A program made the translations under genes and the position numbers. The notes beneath the pieces were generated by a model. That model was not told the DNA's origin. It made no database searches and saw only the letters and a list, made by a program, of their open reading frames with translations. Positions 60,643 through 64,000 of a stretch of 64,000 nucleotides of DNA are shown here, in pieces (the first letter of the stretch is position 1; each line of letters starts with the position of its first letter). Source of the stretch: Rhynchopus sp. YZ270_cl-10 (lineage: Eukaryota); the NCBI GenBank assembly GCA_964035575.1, contig OZ037843.1:744001-808000 (forward strand). Direction: 5' to 3'.

Positions 60643-63600
60643 TCAGCAGTCATTTTCTGCAGCATACACCGTCGCATCATCGGGACTGTGACCCTGGTAC
60701 ATCTCCTCAAACGCCTGAAGGGCGCGTGCGTCACTCAGGTCCTCACCGCCGGCAGTGATGTCCAGGGTCTGGAGAGACTCCAGCAGAGTCGTGATGGTGC
60801 ACTCACCACATGCTTCCGCAATATCTTCTTCCTGTATCATGGAGGGGAACCCACTCCGGAGCGACGGACAAGAAGTGTACCTTCTATTCACATCTTGATT
60901 CGTGCTCAGGGTAAACACTTTTTGTTGAGTAGAAGCAGAAGGTCCGCCGCGGTTCGCAGGAAGCGCACGATTTCCTACACTCATCGCGCTATCGGGTTGA
61001 GTAGATGCGGGGGTAACACTCAGGAGATCCAGTGCCAGCTCTGCGAACTCCTTGTTCGGGTGCAGTCGGTAAAACTGCTCAGTCGCGATATCCGGGGAGG
61101 ACTTCAGTGCTCTTGCCACATACTCCTCCCACATGCTGTCTGTCACCTCGTCAAACAGAGGTACAGAGGCCTTCATGGAGACGAGACCGACACCTCTGCC
61201 CAATCTCGTCAGGATGCGACAGCCGCAAGGAGTCAGCATTCGCAGTGCAAGGTAAAAGTACCTACCCACGTCCGGCGTTTCTTCCCACAGGCGCACGAGT
61301 TCGTCTTTGATGACGGCTGCAATTTGCCGTTCATCCTCCGCGAGAGAATCATCCGCAGCCATGTCACGGTACACCTGCAACAAGTTCGTCATGTCACCAT
61401 ACACGGTCGACGCGAACAAGTTGCCTTCGCGGTCTTTCATCCCTGGCACCTGTGCATTGCTGTATTTTTCCAAAATGTCGAGAAGGGGCTTCGTCAGACA
61501 GCGAATCCTGTTCAGCTGCGAGTGAACGGCGTCGAAACCGTTCTCGGAGAGTAACTTCGCCAACGTGAGCAGAGAGCCCTTCACATTTGTCCCCGACTGC
61601 TTCACTTCGCTCGCAGTAAAAACAAAAAGGGCTTTAACCCTTTCCGAAAAGTGTTCATAGACGAGGAGATGCGAAATAAAACGCGTGTCTTGTAGGCATG
61701 GTGCCCTCACGTCCGGCACATGTTCCCCTTGCTGTGCCACCGCCTGCTCAACTATCACATCTAAAGCCAAAAAGAGTTCTTCTAACGTTTCGGCGGCGCT
61801 GAGGATAATGATCTGGGAGGAGTGCACAAGTTCCCCAAACATTTGTTTGTACATCCCCAGAAGTTCACGGCGCTCAGCTGGTGTTGCACTTGTCATGTCG
61901 ACCTTGCTGGCTTTGACCTTCTCACAGAGGGTGGCCGTTCTCGCGTCATGCTGCGTTTTTTCTTGAACTGCTAGCCATCTCGACTGACGTGTGGAAGTCG
62001 CTAACACATAGTTGAGAGAGAACGCAAGTTTGTAAACCATATTCGACGCGGATTTGAGGTGCTTCTGGAGGGCTGTGACAACGTTGGACAGAGCATGCGG
62101 GAGACAGCTGAGAAATCGAATATTCCATTCAAACGCCAAATCTCTACTTGCACCTCCATCACCCCCCCCTCTGTCACTGCGCAGAAGGAACGGTGTCCCC
62201 AAGCCGAGCTTTGTCAGTATAGTATCAATCTCGACCTTCAGGCTTGCCGCATCCCAGGTAGTACCTTTCTCCTTCAGAACGGGGGGTAAACAGTAGCTTT
62301 TAGTACGATTCTGCACAATGTTCACCAGGGAGTGCAGCCCCTGGTTCGACTTGCCGCAGTCGTGGATCAACACAAATCGAAAATTACCCATGCCTCGCTT
62401 TATCCCTTCCACGTGTGCACTGAAAATTTTTTCCCCGTACTGACGCCATCCCTCTTGTACGTCTACACCCTTTTCGGGAATGACGCACCCGGCAAGCATT
62501 TGGGTGAAGCGAGTGACTGAACGGAAAGGGATGCCGAGCATAGCAGCTGCTTCTGTGGCCTGTAGAACAAAAGTGTCGCGTGTGTTATGCAGACATTTCA
62601 TAACATCCTGATTCCGCGATCTGTTGTGCTTTTTCTTCTTCTTCGACTCGTTGTGCGAGGGTGTGTCACAGTGCTTTTTGACATCCCCTCTTGACGCTGT
62701 GGTTGGAAAGCAAATGTTACATGAGCGACACACTAGGAGCAGCTGTGTCATCGCGTATTCCCTTCCCCTCGGCAACCTGTACCCCACGCAGTCCTTCCGC
62801 ATCTGCAAGGAGAGCCCCCAACCCTCCATCTTGGCCCATGACTGCATGGCGTCAGAGAGTGTGATCAGGGGAAACGTCGCCATCACACCGTTGCTCTCTG
62901 TCTCCAGGGAAGACACCAGATCTCTGACGGCGGACGTGCTCAGCGTCTGCTGTGTCTGCTGTTGTGTCGGCTGCTGTGTCTGCTGCTGTGTCTGCTGCTG
63001 TGTCTGCTGCTGTGTCTGTGTCGGCTGCTGTGTCTGAAAATGCAGCATTGTATGCAGCTGTGGCGGCAGGGGGAGTGTTGTAGCTGGCTGCATCATATCA
63101 TACTTGGCCATCTCTATTGAGAGAGCTTTGGCTTTGGGGATCTTTTTATTAGTTTGTTGTGAAACCGTATAAAGACCCCTGCTTATTGCCAGCTCTACAC
63201 ATTCGCTGTAACTCATTTTGGGGCGGTAGTAGCGGGCACTCAGCACCTCCCGTCGCGTCACCACAGCCGGATCTTCTTCTTCAGGCGTTTCATCAGTCGC
63301 TTCGGCAGGCGTTTCATCAGTCGCTTCGGCAGGAGTTTCGGCAGGAGTTTCGGCAGGAGGGTCGGCAGACGCGTCAGGAGTCTCACCAGGAGTCTCATCA
63401 GCGTCGATGACCGTGGGAGGGGGTGGGGCGGCGGCTGCAGGCGATGTAATGGGGGAAGCTGTCCTCCTCCTCGACCCCCCCCTCGCCCTGCTGGCCGACC
63501 TCCCGGAGCTGCACTCCCTTGAACGTTTGCGCTTGCGTTCATTAATGTTGGGAGAGCGGTTGAGACTCCACCCCTCCTGGAAAGCGGGTGACGGCGGGGA

Positions 63601-63705
63601 CCTGTCATTCGGGGGGGGGTTCCATTCTCCTCCTTGCCCACATGATGCATCTACACATGATATTTGAATGAGGAAGAAAAACAGGTATATGAATATGTCT
63701 TCCAT
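60643..63705 (-). CDS. Intact hAT-superfamily-like transposase (copy D), 1020-aa ORF, true start uncertain
   Basis: Basic NLS-like N-terminus, a small helical domain, Zn finger CRSC...KKHCDTPSH, VLIHD (D1), LRSDRG (D2), CLPH (hAT CxxH), DTRFIS (TRW-like) and a C-terminal hAT motif AELALDLLSVTPASTQPDSAMS. Confidence 0.85.
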   Translation of the reverse strand: MEDIFIYLFFFLIQISCVDASCGQGGEWNPPPNDRSPPSPAFQEGWSLNRSPNINERKRKRSRECSSGRSASRARGGSRRRTASPITSPAAAAPPPPTVIDADETPGETPDASADPPAETPAETPAEATDETPAEATDETPEEEDPAVVTRREVLSARYYRPKMSYSECVELAISRGLYTVSQQTNKKIPKAKALSIEMAKYDMMQPATTLPLPPQLHTMLHFQTQQPTQTQQQTQQQTQQQTQQPTQQQTQQTLSTSAVRDLVSSLETESNGVMATFPLITLSDAMQSWAKMEGWGLSLQMRKDCVGYRLPRGREYAMTQLLLVCRSCNICFPTTASRGDVKKHCDTPSHNESKKKKKHNRSRNQDVMKCLHNTRDTFVLQATEAAAMLGIPFRSVTRFTQMLAGCVIPEKGVDVQEGWRQYGEKIFSAHVEGIKRGMGNFRFVLIHDCGKSNQGLHSLVNIVQNRTKSYCLPPVLKEKGTTWDAASLKVEIDTILTKLGLGTPFLLRSDRGGGDGGASRDLAFEWNIRFLSCLPHALSNVVTALQKHLKSASNMVYKLAFSLNYVLATSTRQSRWLAVQEKTQHDARTATLCEKVKASKVDMTSATPAERRELLGMYKQMFGELVHSSQIIILSAAETLEELFLALDVIVEQAVAQQGEHVPDVRAPCLQDTRFISHLLVYEHFSERVKALFVFTASEVKQSGTNVKGSLLTLAKLLSENGFDAVHSQLNRIRCLTKPLLDILEKYSNAQVPGMKDREGNLFASTVYGDMTNLLQVYRDMAADDSLAEDERQIAAVIKDELVRLWEETPDVGRYFYLALRMLTPCGCRILTRLGRGVGLVSMKASVPLFDEVTDSMWEEYVARALKSSPDIATEQFYRLHPNKEFAELALDLLSVTPASTQPDSAMSVGNRALPANRGGPSASTQQKVFTLSTNQDVNRRYTSCPSLRSGFPSMIQEEDIAEACGECTITTLLESLQTLDITAGGEDLSDARALQAFEEMYQGHSPDDATVYAAENDC

Positions 63706-64000
63706 GTTAAAGTCTTTTTACGTCAATACGGCCCTGCAGTAATGTGTTTTTGTAATGGGGGGGAGGGTGCGAATTCCAAAGTCAGACAAAAGGTAGGGGT
63801 GGGGGTGGGATTTTTTTTTTTTTGGACATTTTTATCGTGTACATGATTACGAATTAACCTCAAAAAACTACTTCTGCAAACCAACGACTAAGGTGCTGAA
63901 ATTTACCCTCATATTTTTGTGATCAGCTTCGTTCCCGCACTTTAATGCAGTCCGTTAGTTTGCAGAAGTAGTGTTTTTCTCTCTCTCTTTATGTTTTTTT

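Noticed and set aside
60598..61554. 318-aa + strand ORF and other ORFs overlapping the transposase copies
   Set aside because: Antisense or alternate-frame shadows of the transposase with no recognisable motifs.

Overview
Eukaryotic, repeat-rich genomic DNA. An euglenozoan (diplonemid-like) host is inferred from gene content and style, not proven. Two host genes are supported. The first is a four-exon IFT88 (7598-9441, 10630-10924, 11156-11335, 29092-29196), whose third intron is about 17.7 kb and holds a near-perfect array of about 38.5 x 406-bp units plus microsatellites. The second is an intronless multi-TM protein with a degenerate class III nucleotide-cyclase domain (36027-37751). The last 12 kb is a nest of four copies of one hAT-like transposase. 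One copy is intact (1020-aa ORF, 60643-63705, minus strand) and has Asp where hAT enzymes have the catalytic Glu. The other three are deleted, chimeric or tandemly duplicated copies inside a 7.4-kb foldback structure. Intergenic DNA is a mosaic of nested non-autonomous TIR elements with 2-, 5-, 6- and 8-bp TSDs, each with its own palindromic subterminal motif. It also contains dispersed repeats, tiny poly(A)-tailed retroposon ends, and GTAC-core microsatellites that appear to have expanded from seeds inside dispersed repeats. No rRNA, tRNA or CRISPR array was recognised.
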